Source: the human T2T-CHM13v2.0 reference genome, Homo sapiens. Taken from it: a stretch of DNA of 64,000 nt. The stretch's first letter is position 1. Every line of letters starts with the position of its first letter. The notes under the pieces were generated by a model, which searched no databases, was not told the origin of the DNA, and saw only the letters and a list, made by a program, of their open reading frames with translations. Positions 15,280 through 29,419 of this stretch are shown piece by piece. Both the position numbers and the translations under genes were made by a program. The stretch lies in assembly GCF_009914755.1 (NCBI RefSeq), contig NC_060934.1, one strand, 5' to 3'.

Positions 15280-16594
15280 ATGTCTAGAAAACCCCATAAT
15301 CCTGGCCCAAAAGCTTCTTCAGCTGACAAACAACTTCAGCAAAGTTTCAAGATACAAAATCAACATAAAAAATCCCTAGCATTCCTATATACGCCAACAA
15401 AAGACAAGCCAAAAGCGAAATCAGGGATGCGATCCCATTCACAATTGCCTCAAAAAGAATAAAATACCCAGCAATACAGCTAACCAGGGAAGTGAAAGAT
15501 CTCCACAATGAGAATTACAAAACACTGCTCAAATAAATCACAAACAAATGAGAAAACATCCCATGCTCATGGTAGAAAGAATCAATACCATTAAAATAGC
15601 CATACTGCCCAAAGCGTTTTACAGATTCAATGGTATTCATATCAAACTCCAATGACATTCTTCACAGAACTGTAAAACACTATTTTAAAATTCATATGGT
15701 ACCAAAAGACAATAAAGCTGGAGGCATCACGTTACCCAAACCTCAACCTGTACCACAGGGCTGCAGTAACCAAAACAGCATGGTACTAATACAAAAATAG
15801 ACCCATAGACCAAGGGAATGGAACAGAGATCCCAGAAATAAGGCTGCACTACTACAACCATCTGATTTTCAACAACGCTAAAACAAAAACAAACCAGCAA
15901 TGAGGAAAGGACTTCCTATTCAATAAATGGTGCTGGAATAACTGGCCAGTCATATGCAGAAGATTGAAACTGGACCCCTTTTTTATACCATATACAAAAA
16001 TCAGCTCAAGATGGATTAAAGGCTTAAATGTAAAACCCAAAACTATGAAAACCCTGGAAGACAACCTAGGCAATACCATTCTGGACATCGGAACAGGCAA
16101 AGATTTCATGACAAACACACCAAAAGCAATCATAATGAAAGCAAAAACTGACAAAAGGGGATCAAATTAAACTTAAGAGCTTCTGCACAGCAAAAGAAAC
16201 TATCAACAGAGTAAACAAACAACATACAGTATGGGAGAAAATGTTTGCAAGCTATGCATGTGACAAAGGTCTAATATCCAGCATCTATAAAAACTGAAGC
16301 AAATTTACAAGAAAAAAATTAAAAACTGGACAAAGAACATGAACAGACACTTTTCAAAAGAAGACATACACGCAGCCAACAAGCTTAAGAAAAAAATCTC
16401 AATTTCACCAATTATTAAAAAATACAAATCAAAACCACAATGAGATAACATCTCACACCAGTCAGAATAGCTATTATTAAAAGGTCAAAAAATAACAAAT
16501 GCTGATGAGGTTGCAGAGAAAAGGAAATGTTTATACACTGTTGGTTAGAGTGCAAATTAGTTCAACCATTGTGAAAAATAATGTGGCAGTTCCT
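15280..16594 (+). mobile_element. Old primate L1 ORF2 fragment
   Basis: ctagaaaaccccat...[48 protein letters not shown] (15964-16170). Confidence 0.9.
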
Positions 16595-17390
16595 GCGGCC
16601 AAAAAACATAGAAAAAAAGCTCATCATCACTGGTCATCAGAGAAATGCAAATCAAAACCATAATGGTATACCATCTCACACCAGTTAGAATGGTGATCAT
16701 TAAAAAGTCAGGAAACAACAGATGCTGGAGAGGATGTGGAGAAATAGGAACACTTTTACACTGTTGGTGGGAGTGTAAATTAGTTCAACCATTGTGGAAG
16801 ACAGTGTGGTGATTCCTCAAGGATTTAGAACCAGAAATGCCATTTGACCCAGCAATCCCATTACTGGGTACATACTAAAATGTACATAAATCATTCTACT
16901 ATAAAGACACATGCACACATATGTTTATTGCAGCACTGTTCACAATAGCAAACACTTGGAACCAACCCAAATACCCATCAATGATAGACTGGATTAAAAA
17001 AATGTGGCACATATGCACCATGGAATACTATGCAGCCATAAAAAAGGATAAGTTCCTGTCCTTTGCAGGGACATGGATGAAGCTTGAAACCATCATTCTC
17101 AGCAAACTAACACAAGAACAGAAAACCAAACAATGCATGTTCTCACTCATAAGTGGGAGTTGAACAATGAGAACACATGGACAAAGGGAGGGGAACATTA
17201 CACACCAGGGCCTGTCAGGGGGTGAGGGCTATGGGAGGGACAGCATCAGGAGAAATACCTAATGTAGATGATGAGTTGATGGGTGCAGCAAACAACCTTG
17301 GCCCGTGTATACCTATGTAACAAACCTGCACATTCTGCACATGTATCCCAGAACTTAAAGTATAATTTAGAAATATATGCAAAAAACAAA
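16595..17390 (+). mobile_element. L1PA (about L1PA7-8) 3' end with A-rich tail
   Basis: [30 protein letters not shown] (16921-17163); 3' UTR ending cccagaacttaaagtataat. Confidence 0.9.
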
Positions 17391-19060
17391 TAATTTGCTG
17401 AGGAAATTTTTATCTATGTGCATCATAGGATTTTTGCATTATGAGTGAGACTGACCTGTGATATTCCTTTTTTGTATGTTCCTTGTCACATTTTTGTATT
17501 GAGATCATTTTGGTCTCAAAAAATAAAAAATTTTTAAATTTTTTTCTATTTTCTTGAGGATTTTGTATGAGATTAGAACAATTTCTTAAATTATTTGTAA
17601 AATTCACTGAGGAAGACATAATTATAGATTGAATTTATAAATCTATGTAGAAAACTATTTAGATTTTTGTACATCTTCTTGTGTAAGTTTTGGAATTTAT
17701 ATTTTTCAATGAGTTTATCCATTTCCTATACTTTTTCAAATTTATTGGCATAAAGTAATTTCTATTATCATTTTATGATCTTTATGTCTGTAGGATATGT
17801 AGTGTTAGACTCCTCATCGTTCCTGATACTGGTTATTGGTGACTACTCTTTTTTCCTCTTTATCAATCTTTTGATTGATAAAGACCAAAACGTATCTATT
17901 CTTTTGGTCTTTTCTAAGAACAAACTTGTGGGTTTATTTATCCCTTCTGTTGCATTTTATTTTATTTCATTAATTTCTGCTTATTATTATTAGTTCAGAT
18001 TCAGGAGGTACACGTGCAGGCTTGTTACATAGGTATATTGCATGATGCTGAGGTTGGGGCTCCTAGTGATCCCATCACCCAGGAAATAAACATAATACTC
18101 AATAAGTGGTTCTTCAACCCTTGCATTCCTCCCTCCTTCCCTGCTTTTGGAATCCACAGTGTTTATTGCTCCTATCTTCGTGTCCATGTGAATACAATGT
18201 TTAGTTCCCACTTCTGGGTGAGAACATGCAGTATTTGGTTTTCTATCTCTGCCTTAATTTGCTTAGGATAATGGCCTCCAGCTGCATCCATGTTGCTGCT
18301 AATGACATGATTTGGTTATTTTTTATGGCTGCATGCTCTTCATTATTTTCTTCTATTTTCTTAGGGCTTAACTTGCCTTATTTTTCTAACGTTTTGAAAT
18401 GGATATTAGATTAATGATTTTCAGCATTCTTCTTTTCTAAAATATATACTTAAAGGCTATAAATTTTACTCCAAGTGCAGCTCTAGTTGATCTTATATGT
18501 TTTGATACTTAATTATTCATGATTATTCAGTTACAATGTTTTCTAATTTCTATTAGAATGGCTTTTTATGGCCTACAGGTTATTTAGAAGCATATTTCTT
18601 AATTTTCTTCTTAAATATATAGGGATTTTCAAAGTATCTTTTTATCATTGATATACAGAATAATTGCTCTGTGGTCAGGGAACATTTTTAGAAATTTGTT
18701 GAAACTTGCTTTAATATCCCAGCATATGCTCTATTTTTATTAATGTTTCATAAAAATAGTATTTACCCTTGAATTTTGGGGTGCAGTGTTCTCTATATGT
18801 CAGGTAATTCAGGTTTTTTAGTGTGTCATCCAATATTTTATCATCTACTGATTTTTGCGTCAGCTTGGTCTATCAGTTAATAAGAAAGTTGTATGAAAAT
18901 CTTCCACAAGATTGTGGATTTTTCTGCTTTTTCTTATAATTCTGTCAATTGTCTCTTTATATGTTTTGAGGCCATATTTGTAAGTGCATACATATTTAGA
19001 GTTATTGTATCTTTCTGGGAAATCAAACCAGAAATTATGAAGTATTTATTTATGAATTAT
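17391..19060 (-). mobile_element. Ancient L1M ORF2 remnant (host for younger insertions), including an L1PA16-like 3' end at ~17985-18335
   Basis: T-rich degenerate antisense L1 ORF2 motifs (tttatccatttc, ggctataaatttt). The nested segment caggaggtacacgtgcaggcttgttacataggtatattgcatgatgctgagg is typical of L1PA15/16 3' UTRs. Confidence 0.7.
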
Positions 19061-21383
19061 ATTTACGAAGTGTAAAAAAAAAGAATGAAAAATACCATTT
19101 GACTCAGCAATCTCATTACTGGGTATATACCCAAAGGAATACAAATCATTCTACCATAAAGACACATGCATGCAAATGTTCACTGCAGCACTACTCACAA
19201 TAGCAAGGACATGGAATCAACCTAAATGCCCATCAATGACAAAAGAATTTTAAGACTACATATTAGTTTTGAAAACAAGAGAGCTTCAAGCTCCAAGATC
19301 TGAGAGATATAAATTTAAGCTCTTAATAAAACCTGCTGTTTATTAAATTAGTGACTTACATTATTTTTTGATGTTGAACCATCTTTGCATTCCTCTGATA
19401 TACCCTACTTGGTCTGATGCTTGATACACTGATTACACAGACTATGGACCGGGCACTAGTATTAACTCACGTAATCCTCATTAACCCTATTTTATAGATG
19501 CTATCATTCTTTCAAATTTACAAGTAAGAATATCGAGGCATATGGAGGTCAAAGTGATTTGCCAAATATTATGCAGTTAATTCATGGGCTAATGAATGTA
19601 GGAAATCAGATTCCAGAGACTTCTATTAACCATGACTACATTGCTGGTCTTAATAGCTATTTTTTACATTGTATTTTTGCATCTGTACTTACAGATGGGG
19701 TTGGCTGAGAGTTCCTTTCTTTTTTTCTGTCCTTGTGCATTCTGTGTTACATATTTGGCTAATCATTTTAGCTAAGTAGCTGTAGACACAAACCATTTCT
19801 AAAGCAGAGAAATTATCTCTTCTCTGAAGACTTGATACAACTCGCCACAAAACCATTTTGTTGATGGAGAAATGGTTGATAATTTTTTACTTCCATTTTA
19901 ATATTTTATGTGATAAAATAATATATTTATTATTCTAACACTTCTAGGGCCAATGTAAGTAATTATAAACTTTCTTATAATATTATGTATTTTAACTAGT
20001 TTTCTAATGTATTGCTATAAAATCTACTGTAGATGGTATAATTTTATAATGTTAGTACTATCTATTTTAGTATAATAATCTCTTTTCTTTCCTGATTTGT
20101 TAATTTCTTATACCTTTTCTATTAATCATTGATATTGTATCAGTCAGCTAACACAATAGTAAATCTCCCTCTCAGGGCTTACAACAATAAATGTTTTATT
20201 TTCTGCTCTGTATCTTCCAGTTTGTTGAGCTTTGGCTGATTTCAGCTGAGCGAGCCTGGACTCAGCAGCAGTCACCTGGACTCCAGACTTTCAGGTGAAT
20301 TCATGTCTGTTCCATATCACTTTCCAGGGAAATATACTTCCCATGAGTGGGAAAGAAACACAAAAGCCATATCAAACCTGTAAGCACACGTAAAGCTGTG
20401 GCTCCCTTCATCTTAGCTCATGGTCACATGGCCACACCAAACAGCAAAGGGACTGGAGTGTTTACTCCTCACACTCTAGTGGGAGCCTTTGTGAAGTCCT
20501 ATGGCAAAGGGCCTGAGATGTAATTTTACAACAAAGAGGAAACAACCCAAACTACCACGGCCATATTTGCTAAGTTTATGTCTCTTACAAAGAACCAGTA
20601 TTCTATTTTATTAGCTCTATAGTATTTTTAATTCTAGTTTATTAATTTAATTATATAATTTTCATTCATTCCTTTATTATACCCTCTTTTGAGGGTATAA
20701 TTTAATTATAAATATAAATAAATAAATAATTATAAATAAATTATAAATTATAAATATTAATTTATCTGTCATGTAGGGTCCACACTCCTTGTAGGGCTAT
20801 TTCTGAGGCTTGTCATTTCTATCAGCTCTCACTCTGCTTGTCCCCTGCTGTATTTGGTAATTGTCCCATGGTGAACTCAAATTGCCTGGCCTCCATCTGA
20901 GACACCACTGAGGTGCCTGAGCTATAGGTGTGGTTCTCCACTGCGTTTATGTTTCCACAATGCAGGAGATCATGCTGCTCTGAGACACTGGAAACGCAGT
21001 TTTTCATCTTGGCATAAATAGCAAAATTCAGTAATAGTCATAAGAGCAGCATAAATTCACCTCCGAGTCTATGAGAGGACAGACCTATGGGTACACATCC
21101 TTGGGGGAGAAACTCGTCCCCTCCAGAATCCAGGTTTCTTTGCTCCTAGGTGTATTTACCTCCTGCCTGCCCTCTGCCCACTCAAAACCACCCTTTCTCT
21201 GAGTCTGTGGCACAGTTAGGATCCTGGTTTAACGCAAATCTGTCAGTTTCACATTCCCACCTTCCTGGGAGATCTGCCTATTTGCTGTGTGAACTGAAAG
21301 TCCTTTGTCTTCTGGGTCTATGGGCCCTTCAATATTGTGTCAATGGCATCAGGAAACCCAGCCCTGAGAGTGATCTTCTTTAC

Positions 21384-21451
21384 CTCGAGGGCCCCTCTTG
21401 GTGCCTGGCAGGCGCCCTGAATGGGAACCAGGAGGACCGCTGGATGGGGGT
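21384..21451 (-). pseudogene. Putative decayed collectin (SP-A-like) collagen exon
   Basis: Minus strand reads cag|ACCCCCATCCAGCGGTCCTCCTGG...AAGAGGGGCCCTCGAG|gtaaag. SFTPA1 coding exon 2 reads cag|GCCCCATGGGTCC...GAGAGGGGCCCTCCAG|gtgag. Translation includes GPPGS..RLPGTKRGPRG. Confidence 0.4.
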
Positions 21452-22357
21452 CTGATGACATGAGTACACAGGGTGAGGACACTTGAGAAACCAAAATGTC
21501 CATCACAAGGCAGAGTCACAGGGAAGTGACCCACCCTACTCCCCACCTGCGAAAAACAAACCTCTGAAGTTATTTGATGACATGAAGTGTTTCAAAGAAT
21601 GAGTGTGAGTTTGGAGGAAGGCAAGCATTAAAGGTCACATCCAGGATCTGAATGGCTTGACCAGGCTCTGGTGACAAGAACTGGACACTTCCAGAAATTC
21701 AGGCCTGGATGAGCACAGATGGTCTGGTGTCTGCTCGAGGTCTCTGCCTCTCTCTTCATCCTTGTACCCAATCCTCCTCTGTGCCCAGCCCTGGACTGCA
21801 CCCTGGGAACAGAGATGTGAACTGAGTACAGCTCCTGCCCTAGAAAAGTGAGATCACTGGTAAAGGGGGCACAGATGGTAGCTCCCGTCAGAGAGAAGAG
21901 GGCTGATTTGAGGACACGCTGCTGGAGGATTCATTTGTTCCATAAATGTTTATTGAGCATTGACTCTGTTTCCAGGCACTCTTCTCGGTGGAGAAACAAA
22001 AGCTAGAGAACAAGACCCCTGTTCTCATGAGCTTCTCGTTCTACAGGGATGGGGGGTGGTTGATGGTCAATAAATATGAAACCAAATAAGCAAAGATACA
22101 GGGAGATGTCTGGAGAGAGGGAGCAGCAGGTGCCAACATCCACATTCAGCTTTGGATTGAAGTCAGCTGCAAATACCCCTTCCCCTTGTGCCTGGCCCTG
22201 TGAGGTGCCCAAAGAAGACATTTGACAAACATTCTAAATGAGAAAAGAGGAAGGAGGTGACTCAGTGCTAGGGGTATTTAGTCTCTCCACCCCAGTCCTG
22301 CAATAAACAAAACACAAATGGAAGTAGTCCGATCAACTGATACAAAGATGTGTACAC

Positions 22358-22405
22358 ATGTGCGTGTTTGTGTGCGTGTGTTTGTATGTGTGTGTGTGTG
22401 TGTGC
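22358..22405. repeat. (TG)n microsatellite, imperfect
   Basis: atgtgcgtgtttgtgtgcgtgtgtttgtatgtgtgtgtgtgtgtgtgc. Confidence 0.85.
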
Positions 22406-25251
22406 ATGCGTTTGTCTGGTGGAAAATCTATGCATTCTTCTGAAAATAAATATCTGAAGAAAACTACCCTGGGAACCTGTGACTCTGGAAGCTCAGAGGC
22501 GCTGAGTCATAGAGATGGATGCCTGAGAGGGGGTAGTAGAGGAGGGGGTTAGGGCACTAATGTAGAGAGCCACCCAGTGCTGTGCTGGAGACCCTGCCAG
22601 CAGCCCTGGAGAGCTGCCCAGGACACAGTAGTTCTAAGGATGGTTGATTATTAATCTGGGGTTGAAGGCCAATCCAGTGCTGTCCCTGGTCATCACACTG
22701 ATTGGATTGGACATCGCTGAGGCACCTGCCAGAGGCCTAGGCTGGAGAGCCAGCTTCCCTGTCACTAACTCCAGGCTCTGAAGAAGCCCTAGTAAGTCAT
22801 TTCTGGAGGAAAGAGGTGGGGGCCTGGGCCAAGAGACTGGCCTCTTGACTGGATCCTGGTGAGGTCCAGGTAGGGGTTTAGGGGGGTCATCAGGTCCACC
22901 TGGGGCCTCTCTTTCTTTCTGGCCCAAGCAACTGGGAACTTCCTGTATCTACTTGGCCATCAGCAAACTAAAGTGTGGTCTTTGCCAAAGTGAAGAATAG
23001 AAGTGGCATGTGCACGCTAGCGACAGGTACAAGCCTTGACTGTGGCATCCTATGCCAATTCAGCGCCAACAGGAGAGGTTTAAAAGAGACAAAAATGATA
23101 GAAAGAGGAAAGTTGGAGAAGGACATGACCATAAAAGTTTCCTTCCAACTGGGCATCTCTCACTGCATCTTGGAGGAAGGGAAGAGTTAAGGGACTGCGG
23201 CTGGGATAGCAAGGGCAGACACAGTGTTGGACGGCAAGAGCCGGGACATTAGGATTCGAGGATGGAGCAGAGCAGAGGGAGAGTCCTGTGGGGTCCCAGC
23301 TGCCAAGTGTCCTGGAGGACAGGCCAGCCTGGACAAAGGCTGGAAGGGACTCTGATGGCTGGGTAGGGGCACAGAGCTGGGGGGCATCTGGGCAGCCTCC
23401 AGGAGGGGGAGTAGGAGCTGAATCCCTCCAGACTCAGGCTGAGCAGAAATTTCAGAGCCTGGTTGGTGAAACGGCCTCTCAGTGGAAGATCTCAAACCAA
23501 GAGAAGTCTCATCTGGACAGGATCAATCACCAAAAAAGGTCCCATTTTGAGGGTCAGAATCCTGCCTCAGGGCACTCTAGGTCCCAATCCTACAGCAAGT
23601 GCCTGTCACAAAATAGACATTATGCAAGATGGTCAAGAAGCAACTGGGGAAACAAGGGCTGCTCTGAGGACAGAGCCCCACCATGTCAATCAGGGAGCTT
23701 TATAGGAAATGAGAGAGTGGATATCATCAACCAAAGGGGACATGTGCCATCTACCTGGGCTCAATGGGGGTTTCCCAATGGATTCTTTGTAAATAGGCGT
23801 TGCACATATCTGTTTTTTTTTTAAGCTTTCCTTTATAACTTCCAGACCTACTTCTGATGGTGATGAATTTCTTTCAAAACCTAACCCTAGATATGGGGTC
23901 AGCTTTAGGCAAAATTAAGAGTTGCTAGCTAACAAAAGTAGCTAATATTTTAATGAAATGTCTTATTATTAAGCAAAATGCCCTCACACTGTTAAACTTG
24001 TGCTTCTCTCACCTCTTCCTTCTGTCTCTCTTTTTAATACCTTGATGCAGCAGCAATGGATGGTGGGATGCTCTCAAGGCAGTCAGAGTTCCACTTGAGT
24101 TCATGTAGCATCTGTTATAACAAGGTTAAAATTACAGAAAGTATACGATTTTATTCCCTTTAGCTGAAGGACAACAAAGGTGGATTTTCATGTTTCCTTG
24201 TAAAGTGCTGCTTCAGAGAAAGCACATTTTGGTATCCACTAATCCCAAGTAAAGTGACTTGGTTCCTAATGTTGATTTTGCCATTAGCCTTTGTTAGGTT
24301 ATTTATTCTTTAAGCCCATCAACCCTTCAGTTAGTCTTCATTCTGCCTATTTGTTGTTGAAATTTAAAAGGCCTCCTAGTAGCTCCAATAGTTATAGTAT
24401 AATAGAAACAAGCAAATACTCCTTTAAAAAAATTCTATGAGGGTAAAAACACTTGGATTCAAAAGTGAGTTTGAACAATATCTACCAAGTGGTAATTAGA
24501 TAGACTTTTAAACTAAAAATACACCACAAGACTATTGCACACTTCTACTAAGGTCTCAAGGATTATTGAAAAGTAAAAAGAAAAAAATAGTGGGAACTTC
24601 TTTTAGTTAAAATGCACATCTTATCAGGATTACCATAATAATAGTAATTGTAACCTTTAGTTTGAATTTCTTTTCTGGAAATATAAAGTCTTAGGGAATT
24701 GTGATATAAATCCCAAGGCTAAAATAGGTGTCCACTTATCATTCTAATTTTTATTTGATAATAGTCTTCCTAAATAGACTATTATAAAATGGAAGGAGCA
24801 AGTTGGAAAACTTAACTCTGAAGAGCGGGCATTTCTAATTAGGAAGCTGTAGGAGAAAAGGCTTATGACTATCCAAAGCACTTAGGCATCTGATATATTA
24901 TATGGAATGTCTTTCTCTTTTCCCTTAGTTATCAAAGAGAGAACAAGTTGAATGGTATTAAAACAAGAAAAAATAGTCTTAGTTGGATTAAATAGGACTT
25001 CAAGGGGCTCTCTGACAGATACACTCATGAAATTATGACATAACTCTGCAAACTTAATATGTGAAATAAAAAACATGTAGAAGACACAAGATTCTAAGGG
25101 GAACTCAAGGATTTTCTAAGATTGTTTTACATAACTGCCTCTTTTTTCCAAACTTTACCTTCTGTATCAACAAGCCATGATATAACAGCATCAAGGGCTA
25201 GACAGTCCAATGGCAAGAATGCTGACAAAGGTAGTTGTATAAGAATGAGTC

Positions 25252-25645
<394 letters not shown>

Positions 25646-26060
25646 TTAGAAGGTTATTTATGAGAGTATGACTTGTAAGAGTATAGGCAAATTTAACTCA
25701 ATTCATTAAATAGTTATTGAATCTGCAAAACATTATGGAGGATATAGAAAATTGTTACAGTATGAATCTTATCCTCAAGGAGCATAATCTTCTCCCAATA
25801 TGAAGTTTAAGAGACTACCAAAAAACAATCTTCTTGTTAGAACAGATTATAATGGATTTTGCTCCTAAATCCAATGTAATAATGACACATTTAGAAACTG
25901 AGATAAAAATGTGAAATAAGACTTAGAACTTATTTGATATAAAATTTACTGGGCAAATCTATTGATAGCAGATATTATGTAGAATTTAAATTCCCCTACC
26001 TCAACTGGAAAGTAATAAGGTCTCATTATTATCTTATACTCATGCAATCCAGTGCGTTTT

Positions 26061-26484
26061 CAGTTAACCCTTGAACAACACAGTGGTTAGGGTGCTGACC
26101 TCTATGAAGTCAAAAATCACTGTATCACTTTTGACTTTAACTGCTGGTAATATAATAATAGCCTACCGTTGATCAGAAGCCTTTCCAATAACATAAACAA
26201 TTAATTAACATATGTCATGCATGTTATATGTATTATACACTGCATTCTCACAATAAAGTAAGTGAGAGAAAATGTTATTAAGAGAATTATAGGATCTTCA
26301 CTATTCACTGAGCGGAAATGGATCATCATAAAGGTCTTCATCCTCATCATCTTCATGTTGAGTAGGCTGAGGCACAAGAAGAGGAGGGATTGATCTTGCT
26401 GTCTCAGGGATGGCAGAGGCAGAAGAAAATCTATGTATCTGTGAACCCATGCAGTTCAAACCTATATTGTTCAAAGGTAAACTG
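26061..26484. mobile_element. Tigger2a/MER28-like DNA transposon
   Basis: Terminal inverted repeats cagttaacccttgaacaa and ttgttcaaaggtaaactg|ta. The internal sequence encodes an acidic transposase tail on the minus strand (QHEDDEDEDLYDDPFPL). Confidence 0.85.
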
Positions 26485-27119
26485 TATATGGAAATTATAG
26501 AGGGGGAATACAATTAAATTAACTAACTTAATATTTAAGTAAATAATTTAGAGACTCAAAACCAAGAAGAGGGCAATATACAAATCTACACAAATGAATT
26601 GTTTAGAGTGTGGGGTGTGTGTGTGTGTGTATGTGTGTGTCCGTGTGTGACAGAGAGGAAGAAAGAAAGAGATTACATGAAAATGGAAATGTGGATCTTT
26701 TCATAGTAATAGAGGGGTGAAAATGTCCAAAAATAAATTTGCTAACTCTTGAGTAAACTGAAATGCACATATGAAAGCTTTGTAATTCATCCATGAACTT
26801 ATAAGCACACATATACATACACTCCCCCACACACACCACACACACATTTATGCACTTGTAGAGATGTAGATAAATAGGCAGATAGATATAGACCACTTCT
26901 GTAGTAGTTAAAATCATTACCAATAGTAAAATATGAAAAAATTGTATGGTGAGAATAAGAAGATATTTAATTAAATTAATTATTATTAGAAATATATAGA
27001 GAGAAGCAGTAATGAGAGCTTGTAACTACCAGAATAAAAGTTGCTTCAGTTTCTAAATTTTCAAATCCCAAACCCTATGTTTCCCAGAAGGCTAACCCTT
27101 GAGTGCGAAAAAGTGTCAT

Positions 27120-28260
27120 CTTAGAAATGACATACCATCACTACTGGCATATTCTACTGGTCATATAGATGAACCGTGGTACACTGAGAGGGGAAACTAC
27201 ACCAGTGCATGAATACCAGGAGGTAATGTTCATTGGGGTCCTTCTTAGAGGCCAGTTACTGTAGACTGCTCTCTGGCTCCAAGTAATGCACACACCTCAC
27301 TAATTGTATCCTAAGTCTACCAAAGCTTCATCTCATCACAGCATTAGTTTGAAGTCTAGAATCTTGTCGTTTAAATCAGGTCTCGCTGCAAATACAACTC
27401 CTTGAGTACAGTTTGTCTTGATTTGAAGTCCTTTGAAACTAAAGAAACAACTTACCTATCTTTCACACATCCATCATAAAATGATGAGACAGGCATAGAA
27501 TAATCATCATAGGCACTCTGACTTAATAGAAGAAAAAAGGAGACATACAGAAGTCAGCAGTCAATGAGAGTTCTGAAATCTAGCTGGGAAAATGTTAATT
27601 TTTTCTTTTTTTTTTTTTGATGAGGATTTAATCCTACTCCTACCCATTAATGGCTATTTCTTGATTCCACTGTCTGGCCTCAGTTCTATCCTTCAAAATA
27701 GCCCTCCTTTTTCATAAAAGTTAGAACATATTTAAGTCGAGTACTTTACTCAGCCTGCTATCTGCTTAAAGAAATTTGGGTAGCCCACTTTAAAATAACT
27801 CTGGATTATTCAGTTTAAATTATCAATATTTTTACATATGTAATTTACCTTCAAATTTTTGTAGATTTACTGTGAATCTTACTGAGATTCACTCATACAC
27901 AAAGGGTAACTCAGTAACCTTTTCAGAAATATGCTCTTCTCGTTCTTGAACTTTTGTTGAGGAGGCTGTAGAGCAATGCTGCGAGCTTCCTGCAGGTTCT
28001 ATTGTTCGATTGAGTTATCTGTATATCATATACTTTATATTTTAGAGGACCGTTTGTCTAGCTAAATGGCATTCCAAAGCACAACCTTTGATCTTTCTGC
28101 AACATATGGAAAATTTTACAGTTATCTTTTTGGCTACAATTTTGGACCATACTTTCCTGGCAGTGCCCTGGATTCTATCTTTGCTTGAAAGCCATTTATT
28201 GATTTCAGCATTATTTGCCATCTGGTGAATCTCAGAATTTTCAAAGCCATTACATCCATT
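27120..28260. mobile_element. Degenerate ERVL-MaLR LTR/internal remnant
   Basis: Motifs gcatgaataccaggagg...cattggggtccttcttagaggccagttact and tctgaaatctagctgggaaaatg resemble MLT1/MLT1-int. Confidence 0.45.
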
Positions 28261-28602
28261 ATTTTTAAGTTAATATTATTTATTTATTCATAAAAACAAA
28301 GGGAACATATATGCAAAAATAGAACCTTTTGAACTCTACAGAATGTTTTAATCAAAACTAGGTTAACAAGTAATTATTGAACATCACTTTTATGTTATGC
28401 AATCTATTCTGTGATGTAAAAAGAGATACAAAGTACTTACTCCCATAGTGATTGCATTATATTTGCTGTAGACAAATATTAAGTAAATTCATATTTTTTG
28501 GATTTTAGCAAGTACATTGAACAAACAAATCGGGGGCAATATGAGTATTGACTGGTAGTCTCTGTTTCAGCTAAGATAGTCAGGGAATGGACATGATGAC
28601 TG

Positions 28603-29376
28603 TGTTAGTCAAGGTATCTAGAGGAACAGAAAAAATATGTATATATACACATCCATGTATATTCAAAGTAGGCAGCCCTCATCCACTCAAGGACTTTGCT
28701 TCCTCTTTTAGGGAAGGGGTTAGTGCATTTTTGGTTGCCACAGGATAGTTGTATCACATCAGGCAGAACTATGACCTTGCTATTTTCTTTAATTGACAAT
28801 TAAGTATGGTTTTAGGAGATACATGGCTGCCACGTTGACAGGGGATGAACTTGTAATAGCTAATTTTATGTGTTGATTTGACTAGGCTATGAGTACCCAG
28901 ATATGCTGACAAATGTTATTAAGTGTATCTGCAAGGATGTTCTAGATAAGATTAATATTTAAATTCATGGAGTGAGGAAAGCAGATTGTTCTCTAGTGTA
29001 GGTAGCCCTTATCCAATCAATTGAAGAGGTGAATAGCACAAATAAAGTTGATTAAGAGAGGACTCCTTTTCAATGTTTCAAATAGAAACATTGTCTTTTC
29101 TTGCGTATCGAGCCTGCCAGCTTTTGGACTGAATCTTACTCTACCAGCTCTCCTGGTTCTCATGCCTTTGGACTAAAACTGGAACTACATTTCATCTCTC
29201 CTGTGTCTCCAGCTTGCCAACTGCAGATATTGAGACTTCTCAGCCTCTATAAGGATGGTGTGAGCCAATTTCTTATCATTTCTCTCTCATCATATGTGCC
29301 TCTAGATAACGTTGACTAATAGAGTCATCATGTCCATTCCATGACTATCTTAGCTGTATATACTGCTCTCAATATT

Positions 29377-29419
<43 letters not shown>

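Noticed and set aside
23288-23824. 178-aa ORF
   Set aside because: Non-ATG start and no motif. The 3' part looks LTR-derived.
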